Below are positions 37,223 through 50,824 of a DNA stretch of 64,000 bases, one piece after another. The stretch spans positions 26,102,001-26,166,000 of the forward strand of contig NC_047017.1 of NCBI RefSeq assembly GCF_902652985.1. Direction: 5' to 3'. Origin of the DNA: Pecten maximus. Lineage: Eukaryota. Under the pieces are notes generated by a model, which saw nothing but the letters and a program-made list of their open reading frames with translations, did no database searches and was not told the DNA's origin. Numbering within the stretch: the first letter of the stretch is position 1; every line of letters starts with the position of its first letter. The position numbers and the translations under genes were made by a program.

Positions 37223-39259
37223 AAATACATGTAGCAAGAGATGTGTGATGCTGCAAACCTGGACTAAATATAAAATAGGAATATTGAATATGGATATGAA
37301 ATATAAATACGCCGGCAACCATAAACAAAATTTAAAGCTCCATTATCTTTGATACTTTAAATATGTTTTCAAGAAACAAATTCAACAATTCACTAATTGG
37401 ACTAGGTTTTAATTGAGTTTTTCCATTCGGGCATACTAACGTTATTAAGTCGTTAGTACAAGTTACATTTCTTTCGTTTCCGGAGTCACTATGATTGCTA
37501 AATTAATCGTTTTATCAGAATATATTGATCTAATAACATATTTAATCAGTGAGTGCTTTGCTGTGTTATTTTGAATTTCCTTGTGCTGTTCTTTATCTCA
37601 TGACACAGATTTAAGCGTTAGCCAATTAAAGCTTAACAGCACAACGAACAATTTACCTGTTTATACATGATGGGACCGCCGTATGAATGAACGTCACAAG
37701 TATGTGGTAATGTTATTGAGTACTCATACATGGAAATGTGGTTAATTGAAGAGGCCTGCTATGATATATAGTCTACTTATTTCAAAGAAAAGCAGGACGT
37801 ACTGTCAGACAGCCAAATATATGTTTTTTTCTGATCCCTATATCCTGCAATTCTTCAAGGTCGTATTCAGTAAATATAATGACAGCCACTATGGAGAAAC
37901 AATGCTATCGTCAATATTATTTTGATTTTCACAATATGAAAAAAAAAATTATTAATGCTTTTATAAATCATTTGTTTGCATGAAATGTGCGCTTACAAAT
38001 TAACTTCTAGATTAACTACTACTAGTCAAATTACTGACATATTTTACAATTAATATCTTAGTGCAAAATACATTACTCATTCATGATACAATTCTATTCT
38101 TGACTGAATTAGGTAAGGGATGACCATATGGCGGGATCTTCTTCGGATCTATACATTTCTATGTTGACAATGGATATAGTTCAACCCAATGAATTTCTCA
38201 CGAAGAGGAGGTACCACTGACAAGGATGTATTGTACTTACTAGCACCCTCTTCTAACTCTTATTACAGTAATACGTCATAGCCAACGTTACAAGGTGTAA
38301 TTTAAGGAGACACTTCAATTTCTAAAATCATGATTTGAACTTTAATTGGAAAGTACATTTAATGAGAATACCACGGAGATCACTCATTTTACAACAGATT
38401 TGTATCGGACGATCCAAAACATTTCATCCGTTGCCAATCACATTTACCGATACGGTTTACGATATTCATTTAGGAAACAACTCTACACGGATTATAGAGT
38501 GAGGCAGTGTCTCAATATCAAAGAAATTTGCTTGCGTGATTGTTGGGTGGCATAGCGGTAACATACTTGCCCTGCACCTAGATGGTCGATTACCCGATCG
38601 GGGTATGGGATTGCCTGCCCTGCTACGTGGAGTTTATCATATTTCCCCGGTTTCCTTAAACATTAAGACCCTTCGCGCACTTCCACCCCGCGGCCAAAAT
38701 GAGTGACGTAGTTCTAACTTGTCTTGTAATTGTTGTAAAATAAAAAGTTTAAATAAGGTGATGTTAATTACATACAGTTGCACGACTTTTAGGTTAGTAC
38801 GTCAAAATTGTTGATTGAGCAAACAAACTCGAAGCGGCAATAGTGTAACATTTGTGGGTTTGTTGTATAAATGTAAGTGGCATAAGCCATTCTGCAATCA
38901 ATTGCACATGAATGAAATTTACACCATTTAATCAGATACGTGTCGGTCTGTGACGTTAGTTTGGAAAGGTATATTCAGTGACACACTATTATTCAAATTT
39001 GCAAACGGTATCAAATGCAAAACTTCATGTTAGATCAGTAAAATAAAATGTACAGAGTGAAGAGAAGGAGTAATACAATAATAATAAATTAACTTTTATT
39101 GTGACAATGACCTTGACATAACTAAATACTTTTATTTTATTGGTCGTATGTTATAATTGATGTTAAAAAGAGCTATCAAAATCACATGCAGTGATGGAAT
39201 ATCGTTATGAAAAAAATATCCATAGACTCCGCCTGTCATTTCCACAGTCTACTCACGGG

Positions 39260-39930
39260 ATTACTTCGAAAGACGTTGTTAGGATGATCTTTAACCCGTG
39301 TTCGATGACTTTGAACATAGATCCGTATGATTGATAAAGTTGTGACATAGCTCGTCTTTTTTTATTCTGATTTTTGAAATATTTTACAATATCAATAACT
39401 GCCTATACTTGGTCATCGTCTCGATTCCATTTTTTATTAATGATGGCGATATTTCTTTTCTACTATATACACGCCATGACACTGTTCATAGATCTTTTAA
39501 AAAAAATAACCATACCAAATTTCGAATCATTCAAATACCACTTCAACAATGATATGTATTTTACTTAATCTAGTATCCAGTAAAAAGTATATAATGATTT
39601 CCTTAGTAAATTGCATCCTACAAAGACTTTAAATTGTAAGTGATACCTACAATAAAACATATAGTTTCGCCATTACAAATATACTGTAAACATTGTATGA
39701 ATCGTCATTATGGACAGATAATGTAAACATGCTTACTAGAGCGTCATATGGATACAAAAGAGCCTTGATATTACGATTAGGAACTTTGTTACCTGTGACG
39801 GGGTCATAGCAGATGACATTTCTAACTCCAAAACAGGCAGAGGTGTCCGTCTGGTTATCCAGTCATTATATTTTATAAGGAAAATTGTAAAAAAAAATAA
39901 ATATAATAATAATAATGATATCCCGTCAGT
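39260..39930 (-). pseudogene. Decayed regucalcin exon-5/exon-4 remnants (paralogous to 16205-16855)
   Basis: GATGACTTTGAACATAGATCC..GTGACATAGCTCGTC and TTACCTGTGACGGGGTCATAGCAGATGAC, with further deletions. Confidence 0.7.
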
Positions 39931-41600
39931 CGCCTGCCATGTAATACTATGATAGAAATGTAAAACGAGCATAATGGGTAGTTTATGTGTTCTACCGGCC
40001 TCTCGCAAAAAAAAAAAAAAAAATGAAAGTGAATTAAGTCCGAGTATGACTTCACGGTTTATCAAAAGTTATTGATAAAAAAACCTACAAAAACAATCTA
40101 AAATATAATAAAAGTTGGTCCCTCCTTAGTCATGACTGTTTGGAACTCCAGCTGTGGTCAGCTTTTATTCTGAGTCTCGTATGCCATAGTGGTAACAAAA
40201 ACCAACGCATAGAGTTAATAGTAAAATACACAAATTGACATATACTATTTCTCAGGTAATTGCAACAGTACATATACATGATTATTATGCTTAACGTGTG
40301 ATTAATATTATGATTATCTAAGTAAGTACACATATATATGGTTACATAACGAAGAAGAAATCTCCAAGATTACAGTCCACTCGTGGCAATACTCCGGTAA
40401 ACGTTGGCAGGGTAACCTTTAACCCCAAGTTCCGTGACTTTGAATATTGATCCAGATAAGGGATATTTGTTAAATTCGTCTTCTAGAGCCCTCAACGTCG
40501 CAGTAGTGACATATAGCTCGTCCATATGTTTTCCTCCAAAACAACAGGACGTTGTTCTTGGTGCAGGGATGATTACTTCTCTTAGCTTTGTACCTATTAA
40601 ACAAGAAATGACATTTTTCAAAAAATAATTACCACTACCAAGTCTAGATATAGCTGTTAGGGATATTTCGTTCGTAGTGTGTACCTCACCCTCGTTTCAT
40701 TAAGTAACCATCCAAAGTTTATTGTTGTTTAAATTACCTATCACATAAAAATGTGCTCTTCACTTGATCAACTATAAAGTAAAGGAATCTGTTGAAAGAA
40801 CCGCACTCTATGAAATCTTAATCATTATATGACTACATGTGTAATGATATGACGTAAATAAAATAGTACTTTATATGCATTTTGTGGACGAATATTGACA
40901 CGCTGACCAGTCCGTATTTCTGTTGAGCCTGGTCATTACGAATGGGCACAATGTCAACTGTAACGGGATCAAAGCAGATGACCTTTCCAATTCCGACACA
41001 GGCTACCCAAAGGTGTTCATCTGTGTCAATCGTCATCCCATCTGGCCAACCCATTGTATCTTTATCCGGGAAATTGTTAAAATTTACGGCATCCCGTCTA
41101 TCACCTACTAGGTAAAACTACGACTTTAAATAAGTGAAAATCGGATCGGTAAACACATGTGATCAACTGCAGGACTTATCTTACCTAACTTTGTTGATTT
41201 GAAAATGAAAATATGATAGTTTCGTTGAATGTACATTTGTAATGATGTATAATTATGATATTGAAATCGACATAATAATATACATTCTTCTGTATTAATT
41301 TATGTTGGTAAAATATGTTAACTATAATCTAGGTCAGGTGTGCATGTGGTATTTCTAGACTCGATACATACTAATTTCGCCGGAAGTGACGTCGTACGTG
41401 AATGCCTCCACCTTCCTTGTACCTGTATCAATATAGAACATTACTCGGTTATCAGAAGACCAAGCCAATGCGTTGGATATTGTGATACTTTTAAGGTGCG
41501 TGACAAACTTCACATTTATGTCAAGGCTGTATAGACTACCAACGTTAGGCTCAAAGAGAGGCGTTTCGTCGATCTGGCCACCCAGAATTCCTTTAAAAAT

Positions 41601-44600
41601 AAATCAGAACTATGTTAGTTATCAATTATCTATGTACATATCAATAAAATAGAAATGATAAAAAAAAAAAAAAAAAAAATAATTAAATAAGTATTTATAT
41701 AATAATACGAATTTTTATGTTAATGACCGTAGCGACTAAACAACAACTGTTCTGAATACATAATGACACAATTATATGATCTGACCATACGGGGACATTG
41801 TACGATGTTTACTTGCCGAAATATACGCAATTTAATTCCAATCCAAACCGCCTCACAGCTTCAGGTCGCCATCTTTGCTCAAATCAAAGCATCTGTGCGT
41901 TTGAAAGAGTCAGTACTGCAAAGCTTCTAAACGATCTTGTGATGCAAATTTTAAGATTATGATAGAAACGAAATATGGATTTTAAAATAATTTGATTTTA
42001 ATTACTTATGCTTAGGTAAGCAAATCGTAGCAATTTTTTACAGTAAAAATTTAATGTTGCACTAAATACTGATCACAATATTTTTATTTAGACATTTTTT
42101 ATTTCTTTCACTTCATTTCATTGTAAGTGTTAATTTAGATTTCCCAATAAATTCGCGGGAAATGAATTTGATGACGTAACCGGAAGCCCACATGCTATTA
42201 GAACGTGACCCGGAAAACATGCGATATTAAAAACAGAAGATCATTGAACGTTATACCGGCTTATTTTCTCATTTTTTGAGACACCAATGTGCTAAAATAC
42301 AACGGAAGGTAACACTGATTTTGTTTATTGCTATAGTATCAAGTAAAATGAATAGTTATTGCGAAAATAGCAGTATTTGCTTCACCTAGTAGTTTGGCTA
42401 GACCTACTTTCGTTTTACAGTTTACAGATATGATCATATAAATAATTCATCTTCTCAACCATAGTCATGTAATTACGTATCCGCTGAATTTTTCTATTAA
42501 GAATATTTGTACTTCTCATGTACAGTGCATCTTTGTTTACAATTGACTGGTCTAGATTTGCAGATCTGATCTGACTACCCTCAGCTGACTCATCTGTATT
42601 ACTACAATTTCTACCTTCTGGCAGAGACGTATATATGATATACACGTCTCTGCTTCTGGAACGTTGTGACCCCCCCCCCCCCCCCCCCCCCCCAGCCTGT
42701 AAGCCTGTATTGACTTCATACTTCTGTTTACCCACAGACGTTTAGGGGGGGGGGGGGGGGGGGGGGGGCTTGATTAAAATTTGGCAAAAATGACATCCCC
42801 GGCCCCGGTGGTCATATATACAAGAATTCGAAGGAAAGGGGAACCCTATGACTCGAGCTCATACAATAGTAACTTGTCTTTGTACTCTATGACTCATAAC
42901 CTGTCACAGTAACAGACATACATGTACATGTATCAAGTACGTGTGTCACATGTTATAACAGGAGAAAGAGAAAAGTAAATAGCAAGACCAGGGTTCAAAC
43001 CCAGGACCCTCCTAATTCTAGACGGACACTCTACCACAGAGCTACCTGGTCGCCAATGATCAACCCAGTCCAGTTCCGCAACATTCCTCCCTCCTTTTAT
43101 CAAATCTTCACACCCAAAGATAACAGGTTCGGATATCCCGTTGATTTAGCTCGCTAAATATGTAACAGGAGAAAGGTAGTAGCCAGACAGGGGTTCGAAC
43201 ACGAGACCCTGCAAACTCTAGACTTACACTTCACCACTGAGCTACCTGGTCACTGGCGCACTTAATACATGTTTCAGGAGTCTGCGGTATGTTCGTGTTT
43301 GTCTCCTTGTGGTATATATTACCGGTAATGTGGAAAACTTAAAAAAAAAAATAAGATTTTTCCAGCACTGGCAACCTATGTCTTTCCCTTGGTTGTCATT
43401 TAGATGAAGAAGATATTTATCAATTTAATCTCTTTCATTTGATCATATAAAAACAGAAAATATTTCCCCAAATATTAAGTGTAATCGCTTTACACGTACC
43501 TTAAATTACTGACCAGGATTGGTGTTTAAATGGGAATGGACTACACATTCTTATCAAATATTTGCATTACCAAAACACTGATTTTTTTGGGGGAAAAAAA
43601 GCATGCAAGAATTTTTTTTAGAGTCAGTCTGGTTAGTAGAGACAAAGTTTTTACTGTATTTGGCATATTAGCTGAAGTCATGAAAATGTGAAATTAAAAA
43701 AAAAAAAAAACTTTGGTTATTGAAGATCAGAGAAATGTCAACAACAAATTAAAAAGAATGGAATTGGGTTTTTCTCAGTCAGTTCTGAAGGCCCGTGTAA
43801 ACACGTTATGAAGATATAGAATTAAGTTCATTTTACACAATTACCAGCTTCGATCTTTTTAAATTATGTTCATCTGTGTATATATATATATATATATATA
43901 TTTTTTTGCTGGGTTTTGTTTTGTTTTTGTTTTATAAATCCTTGCAGAGATTTTTTAAGTCATGTAGATATATAAAAGAATATGATTCTTGACAACTTGA
44001 CTACAGTAAGAATTTAGCTTTCAAAATCCATTGCGCTCCACATCATATTGTTTGTTGACATGTTTCTGTGACATTTTCACAATTATTACATTACTTTATT
44101 AGAATACTGTGTTATATATTTCTTTAATCCACTCGAACATAGAAATATTTCCTTCATTTCCCAAATCTGTAATTGAAATAATTGTAGAATATATATGTGT
44201 GTTTGCAGTAATAAGAAATATTTTTTGAACATTCATATTAACATATTTGGTGTATCAATCCAAAAATATTTGTTGACATATACTGCATTACTTTTGGTCT
44301 GATTTCAATACACAGAATGTCAGATTTTATTAATCAATAGATCTGGCAACCTCACCTAGCTTCTAACAGGTCAAAAGACCTTTGATGAGACTAATTAATG
44401 AGTATTCGGAGTTTCCTCTTGCCCCACCACCGGAAGTTATACACTGACAAGCTCTCATACAGTTGTTGACTTTGGTTTAGGAACACATTCTCAAATGACA
44501 GATGATCATATTCTAAATTAAGGGTTGGATTTTCACTAATTTGAAGAGTTGTGCCCCTTTGTTTTCTTTCCGATACATCTTATTCTAGCAGATTGCCATT

Positions 44601-46571
44601 CATATTTGTTTCCAATTGTTCTACACCTCATATACATCTGATGATATTTGAAAGTGGGTGAAAAATGGAATAGGTTATTGTATTGAGTCACATTGACTTC
44701 ATTTCTCCAATTCATCCAGTTCAAGAAATCTAAAAGTTACACAAAGGTGAAACTTTACAAATCTATTTTAGTTTCCATGTAGGTAAGATTTTAACATTTT
44801 ATTAGTATGGTTGTTTTACTTTCCATTGTTGGGGGGGGGGGGGGGGGGGGGGGGGGGGAGGGACATATTCATATAAATCAGATATATATCTTCTATATAA
44901 CAAGGCTTACACTTGCTTATTTGTATACTTAAAACTAGTTTCCTTTCTTTTGATAATATCTCTGTGGTTATAGTCTCTCCCATGGGTCTTTACACTTCCT
45001 TCTATTAAATATCTTCAAAAGTTTCTTCTCATTTCTTTGTTTCCAGTTTCCTTTTGGTTAAACAATTGACATATTTAGTTGCTTTTGATTTTCAAAATTT
45101 GCTTTTTGTTTTGCAATACATGTACATCAATATTTTGCATGTCTCTGTAACATAAAATGTATATATATATAGAAATGCTCTGCTTCTTCCTTTTTAACAA
45201 TAATTTTGATAAAATCTTTTGTTTGGTTAAGACATTTTGAATTGGCGGATCTGTCAGATCAGCACATATTCAGCACAGTAGTCCAAGATAACATTCTGGT
45301 TCAATTGTTTTTCTTCTGTATGGCTAACTTGATGATCTTTTCAAACTTGGTCTTAGGCATTATTTGGCTGGTCTGATTGTTGTTTAAGAATCTTGAGGCA
45401 CTATGCTGACTCCCAAGGAGGAGGGGTGGGACACAAAAGGACAATTCAACAATTCAAATGCACATGCATTCTGTAGTGATGGTCCCAAATCTTGAATGCT
45501 GCTATAGGTTTGTTTTAATGAATGACCTTTACCTTCATTAAAGACCACTGAAGCCAGACGTGCAAAAAAACTTGAAAATCTTCAACTGAATAACCTTGAG
45601 GCCAAGATCCCTGGTATTGGGCCTGTAGTTTGCTGGTGAAGTGATACAAAATTCAAGGTCACAGCCGTCAAATATGTTTAAATGTTAAACCCTTTTTTGC
45701 TCAATATCAAAAAGAGGTCCAGAAAAGGAGGTGATATGGCCTCTTATTTGGTTGCTGCACAATACCTTAAGTACTCTTTCATACTCGGATGTCAAAGGTC
45801 AATGTCACTATTTCTGTCAAATGAAAACCAGTTGCTTGGAATACTACATGTAGCTTAAGATTTGAAAGACAAATGTTAAAGATAATGTAACTATAGATAG
45901 AAAAATACTGCACATATCGATGAAAGACCATGCTTTCCTTACATGAACAAGTATTAGAACCCAATGCTTCTGGTCACACAATACTTCTTTTATATATTCT
46001 TTACATGGATGAATAACAGCAACATTTTAGATACTTTAATATATAAATACTTATTATCGGTTAGCTTGTAATAATAATAATAAAAACAAAAGCAAAAACA
46101 AAAAAATACCAACACTTTACCTGTGATGATGATGATCCATGAAATTGTTTTGAATGTGTATGTGTTGTTTTTAGTGGTGTATATGCTAGATGTAACGGGT
46201 ATTTATCAGAGTGGAGCGTGGCCAACCGTACAGATGACTCAGTTGTTGTGGCTAGAGATGATATGACAAACACAGAAACTAAGCCCTCGACAGGATTGTG
46301 CATGTGTGTGTGAGGGTGTACGTATGTCTATTATAATATATACACAGTTATGTGAGTATGTATGGTTTTCTATGTACTTAGCGTGGTAGATTTAATTGAT
46401 GATGATGATGATGATGATGTGTCTAATTTACTATCTATGACTCTACAGCTATGTACAAGGGCCTAGAAAAACACATTCTGATAATTCGGATAGATGATAT
46501 TAGTTTAAACATTATGTTATTCAATACACACGATTACATATATAAAAATTACAAATTGAAAGGGAATATAA
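41601..46571. mobile_element. ~5-kb composite insertion in intron 2 of copy B, unclassified
   Basis: Copy A reads TAAAAAC-GTCGAAAGCAATTC contiguously; in B the two halves are separated by this block. No clear TIR or TSD seen. Confidence 0.6.
42954..43256 (-). mobile_element. TRIM-like miniature LTR element with tRNA-derived LTRs
   Basis: Two diverged direct repeats (43161-43256 truncated; 42954-43083), each with A-box and B-box-like motifs on the minus strand. The 77-bp spacer begins with PBS-like TATTTAGCG and ends in the PPT AAAAGGAGGGAGGAA before TG. Confidence 0.7.
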
Positions 46572-46937
46572 GTTGAAAGCAATTCCTTTACCAAAAACTC
46601 TCGAATCTCATTTTCCCTTCCCAAAAGAAATTAATCACACGTAACCCACATTCATAAACGGCTTAAAGCACAAGAAGCATCGGTTTATTTCAAGGTGTTA
46701 AACTACACAACAAATTAAATTGAAGTTACATTTACCGACCAAGAATCACCCAATTAGTCACAGAGACTTCCTTCAGGGCCATACCTGTCCAGAACCTCCC
46801 AGCAGGGTCGCATTTGCCGTCGTTGAATCGGTCGTTAAAGCCTTTTGGATTAACTTCTTGCAGTTTTTTGGTGACTCCAGTCTCCCAATCCAAGTGTGAA
46901 ATGGTTCGGCCCAGCCCTACCAGGTAGCCGCCATTCA

Positions 46938-49809
46938 ATTCAATTCAATTCATTTATTGACTTTAGGTCTATGACCCATCAATACATAAATTAATATACA
47001 TGTATCTATATATGTATATATATATATATATGAATACAACATGTATTATAATAAAATTACAAAACGTAATTGACTTATTATAATTAAATACGGAAACCGA
47101 TTAACCAACATATGTACTATATTATGAGGAATATTAATCAACCATATTGTCTACTGGCAACATCAGCAAGAAATACATAGTATTCCACTTAATCTTACAA
47201 GGGCTGCGCCCAATCACAGAATTGATACTAATTATAATACACTGTTACAGAATAAGGATTCTAGTAGAACTTTTATAACAGTCAGTCAGAGGTGAGGTTC
47301 AACAATTATTAGTACACTATTATGCAATAACGTGTTACATCAAAACTCAACACCTACACAAACCGAGTATATTTACACAATTCTGCAACTAAAAGCTTCT
47401 TTGATAAATCTTCCTAGCAAATTCAATTCTTTATGACTATTTGTGTTCAGTAATTCTATTACTTTGAAGACTGAAGGTTTTTTCCAAAAAATATTTCTTT
47501 ATTTATTTTCCTCTAAGAGTTGAATATTTTTGACATACGAGTAAAAAATGAAATTCATCCTCAACTTCTAAAGAATTACAGTTAATGCAATACCTATGAC
47601 ACCTGGGATTATTCCTATACCTTCCTGATTCTATATCTAGATTGTGTGCTGAAAGTCTCAATTTTGTTATCATTTTTCTCAATTGACTTGGTAATGATTT
47701 GGTGAGGTAGAATTGCAGTGTTACTTTATTAACCATATGTTTGCATAGATCACATTTACTCGACATATGTAATGAGTTAAACAATGTCTGAGAGGCCTGG
47801 TCATTCATTCTTTCTTTTATAATAGGCATATAAACAATATCAGAAGGTAACTGACGTAACCATATATATCCAAATCCATGTTCAAATAATTTGTGCTTCA
47901 CATGCAAGAGCCAATTCTGTTTTGGATTCTCTTCCTCAATTTCCATGTAGAGCAAGTTGTAAGCCTCTCTTAGTATACAATCAGAATTCAACAATTTAAA
48001 CCAAAATTTTAACATTCTATTAAGTAGCATATTCTTCAGTGTGAGTCGCCCAAGTTCGATATAAATCATAGCGTTACAGGTAGATTTTTTAACGCCCAGT
48101 AAGTTTTTACAAAGTTCTAAATGTACCTTTTCAACTTCCAAAGCATTATGAGTACTCCATACTTCACAGGCATAGCAAAGAATACTGCTAATATAAGTAT
48201 CAAACAAATGCAACATAGTTTTTACATTTAAGTTCAAATTATTACACTTTGAACGTAGGGCAAAAAGAGCTTTACGACCTTGTTCGGCTAAATGCTTAGA
48301 CATAAAGTTAAATTTATTATTAAACTTAAGAAATCCTAAATAACAGAACTGGTCTACCACTGAGATATTTATACCGTTATATGTCCATGTTTCGTTATCT
48401 TTGATTTTACCGCCCTTCCGAAAAACTACGATTTTTGTTTTATCTGTATTAACTGTCATTTTCCATTTATCTGAGTAAGACCTTAAATTATCTAAAAGGC
48501 TTTGCAATCCCTCGACTGATTCGGAAATCAGTACAAGATCATCTTCATACAACAGGAGAAAGAGACTCAGTTCTCCGAAATCGTAACTTGGGGCCTCGTT
48601 TTCAATAAAGTAGTTTTCAAAATCATTAATGAACAGGGAAAAAAAGTAATGGTGATAAAATTTCCCCTTGAAATAAACCGACCTCATTTGAGAAGAAATC
48701 TGAGCACTTCCCTTTTAGCAAGACACATGATTTTACTGAATTATATAGAGATTTCACAGTTTTTAAGAAATTACCCCGTATACCCAATTTAGAAATTTTA
48801 TACCACAGGCTTACTCTGTCTACATAGTCGAATGCTTTCCGAAAATCAACAAAACAGCAATAAAGGCGTTTTTTCTTTGAAAGCTTTTTTGTAATTATAG
48901 TTTGAAACGCAAATATAGCATCGATAGTACTAACCCCTGGTCGGAAACCAAATTGTGCATCCGTTAAAAGATCGTAAGTTATACAAATATCCATCAATCT
49001 CTTGTTTAGAATAGAGGTAAACAATTTGCACAGACAACTTATAAGACTGTTGCCACGGAAATTATTGGGATCTGAACGATCACCTTTTTTATTTACCGGT
49101 ACCACTACAGCTTTTGACCATTCAGACGGAAAACATCCAGAATTTAAAATATTATTGAACAAAATTTGCAACATGGGAAGAAACATTTGCTTACCGTCAA
49201 TAAAACCTTCATTTAACAGACAGTCGTTACCATGCGACTTCCCACGTTTGAGGTTATTGATAGTTGTTACAATTTCTTCTCTGGTAATAACTGAATCTAA
49301 ATCTTCATATATTACAGGATAATCAACTTAAAGTACATCATCATCGAGAGAGAATTACCAGTGCGATCAACATTGTTAGCTATGGCCTGGAAGTGATCAA
49401 ACAATTGATTTATCGGCATCTGCGGCGAGTTTTTACGTTTGCTTTTGCTGAATTTTTTGTAAAAATATTTTGGGTTGTGTTTTCGCAAGTATTCTAACAT
49501 ATCGCCTTCGTACAACATGTATTGTTTTTTCAATCTTTTTTTCCAAAATTTTATATCGTCTTTTGTTAACTAAAGCCGCGTGCGTTGCTGCATTCTTATT
49601 CTTATTGAACGTGTGTAGAGCAGATAAATGTTGTTTACGCAATAATTTTATTTCGCCGTTGAACCAGGGCTTATCTTCAATTGTTTGATCATTTCGATAC
49701 ACAGACCTATTGTCTACATACTTCTTACAGGAAGCAGACACTGTCTTTTTCATAAAAAAAGGGTTCCATAATACATTGTAATTCATTGGTAAATCGTTCA
49801 ACACTGGCA
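46938..49809 (-). mobile_element. 5'-truncated, frameshifted non-LTR retrotransposon (LINE; RTE-X/L2-like, clade uncertain) inserted in regucalcin B exon 2
   Basis: ORF2 fragments 49433-49809, 49312-49533, 48626-49186, 47503-48687 contain KPWFN, FPSEW..PVNKKGD, QFGFRPG, FVDFRKAFD, FQGEILSPLLF, LLYEDD and the C-terminal LRLSAHNLDIESGRY..C..C..EDEFHFLLVC. The 3' end is AATAAA plus a (TGAAT)n tail. A ~3-bp TCA overlap occurs at both junctions. Confidence 0.93.
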
Positions 49810-50824
49810 TCAGACACGGTACAACTGACCCCACAGGCCCATCTTCAGGAAAGAGGCCCTGCGTTAGTTGCATGGCAAAATAGGCTCTCCAAACTTCAAA
49901 AATTGAATGGCGTCATCAACTTACCCAGCTTTACGGAAGATACTTCTTTATTGACTGCGTTCCACTTGAACACCTGCTGCTCCAAACTGTCCACAAACAT
50001 CAGTGTCCCTGTGATGTCTTCCCAGTGGGGCCCCTCCCCAAGCTGGCGGGTTGCGTTCGGAATCGCTACAGACACCGACATTCCTGTAAACATACAACAC
50101 TTACCTGTCGTTCAAACCGATAAAATACTCACATATACAGCCTACATACCGACCCGTTATACAGTTTAATCCCACATTGAGTTAAGGTCTATTACTACAT
50201 GTTTATGTAAAACGCGCTGTTGTAAGACGCTGCTTAATCATTTTAATCGATAAACAGATTGTCGACTATATTTTTGCTGATCTTTTTTTGAGATTTTCAT
50301 GCGTTATATGCAAAATGCGCTGTCGCAAGACGCGCTTATATCATTTTACTCAATAAACACAATGTCGACTATACTATGGCTGATATATTTTTGAGACTGC
50401 TATGGAATCCATCGCCCAATCACATGTGAGAGATAAAGTTAAGAGACATCTATTATCTATAATTCTCTTTATTTTTTACAAATCTCGCCAGTAACACATT
50501 ATTTGTTTATAAAATCGCCGTCTATATTTCTATACATTAATTTCCACTCACAGCTAGAACTACATATGCACAAGTCAGGGGTTACTAGAGCAGTTATAAC
50601 CTTGACCTACTAGATTTTCCCCTGGCGTTGCAATATCAGTCTAATGTCAAACTAAAGCTTCTCTGCTGATATCAGTAGCACGTGGAACTCTAAGGGAACC
50701 GATACTTGTATTTACCTTATAGAAACGAGGACATTCCATGTGTATATCTAATAGGAAACTGATATAAACTAGTCCAATGTATTTTCATATTGCTTTCATA
50801 TGGGCAAGTAATGTTTAGATTATA

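Larger units (their letters stand above)
40370..50081 (-). pseudogene. RGN: Regucalcin copy B, probably inactivated
   Basis: Exons 50081-49925, 49842-46785 (split by the LINE at 46938-49809), 41590-41372, 41104-40958, 40593-40370. The exon-4 donor is CAG/TTGAC instead of CAG/GTAAC. Substitutions at conserved sites (TM>IL, SNG>SNA, DG>DE). Confidence 0.9.
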
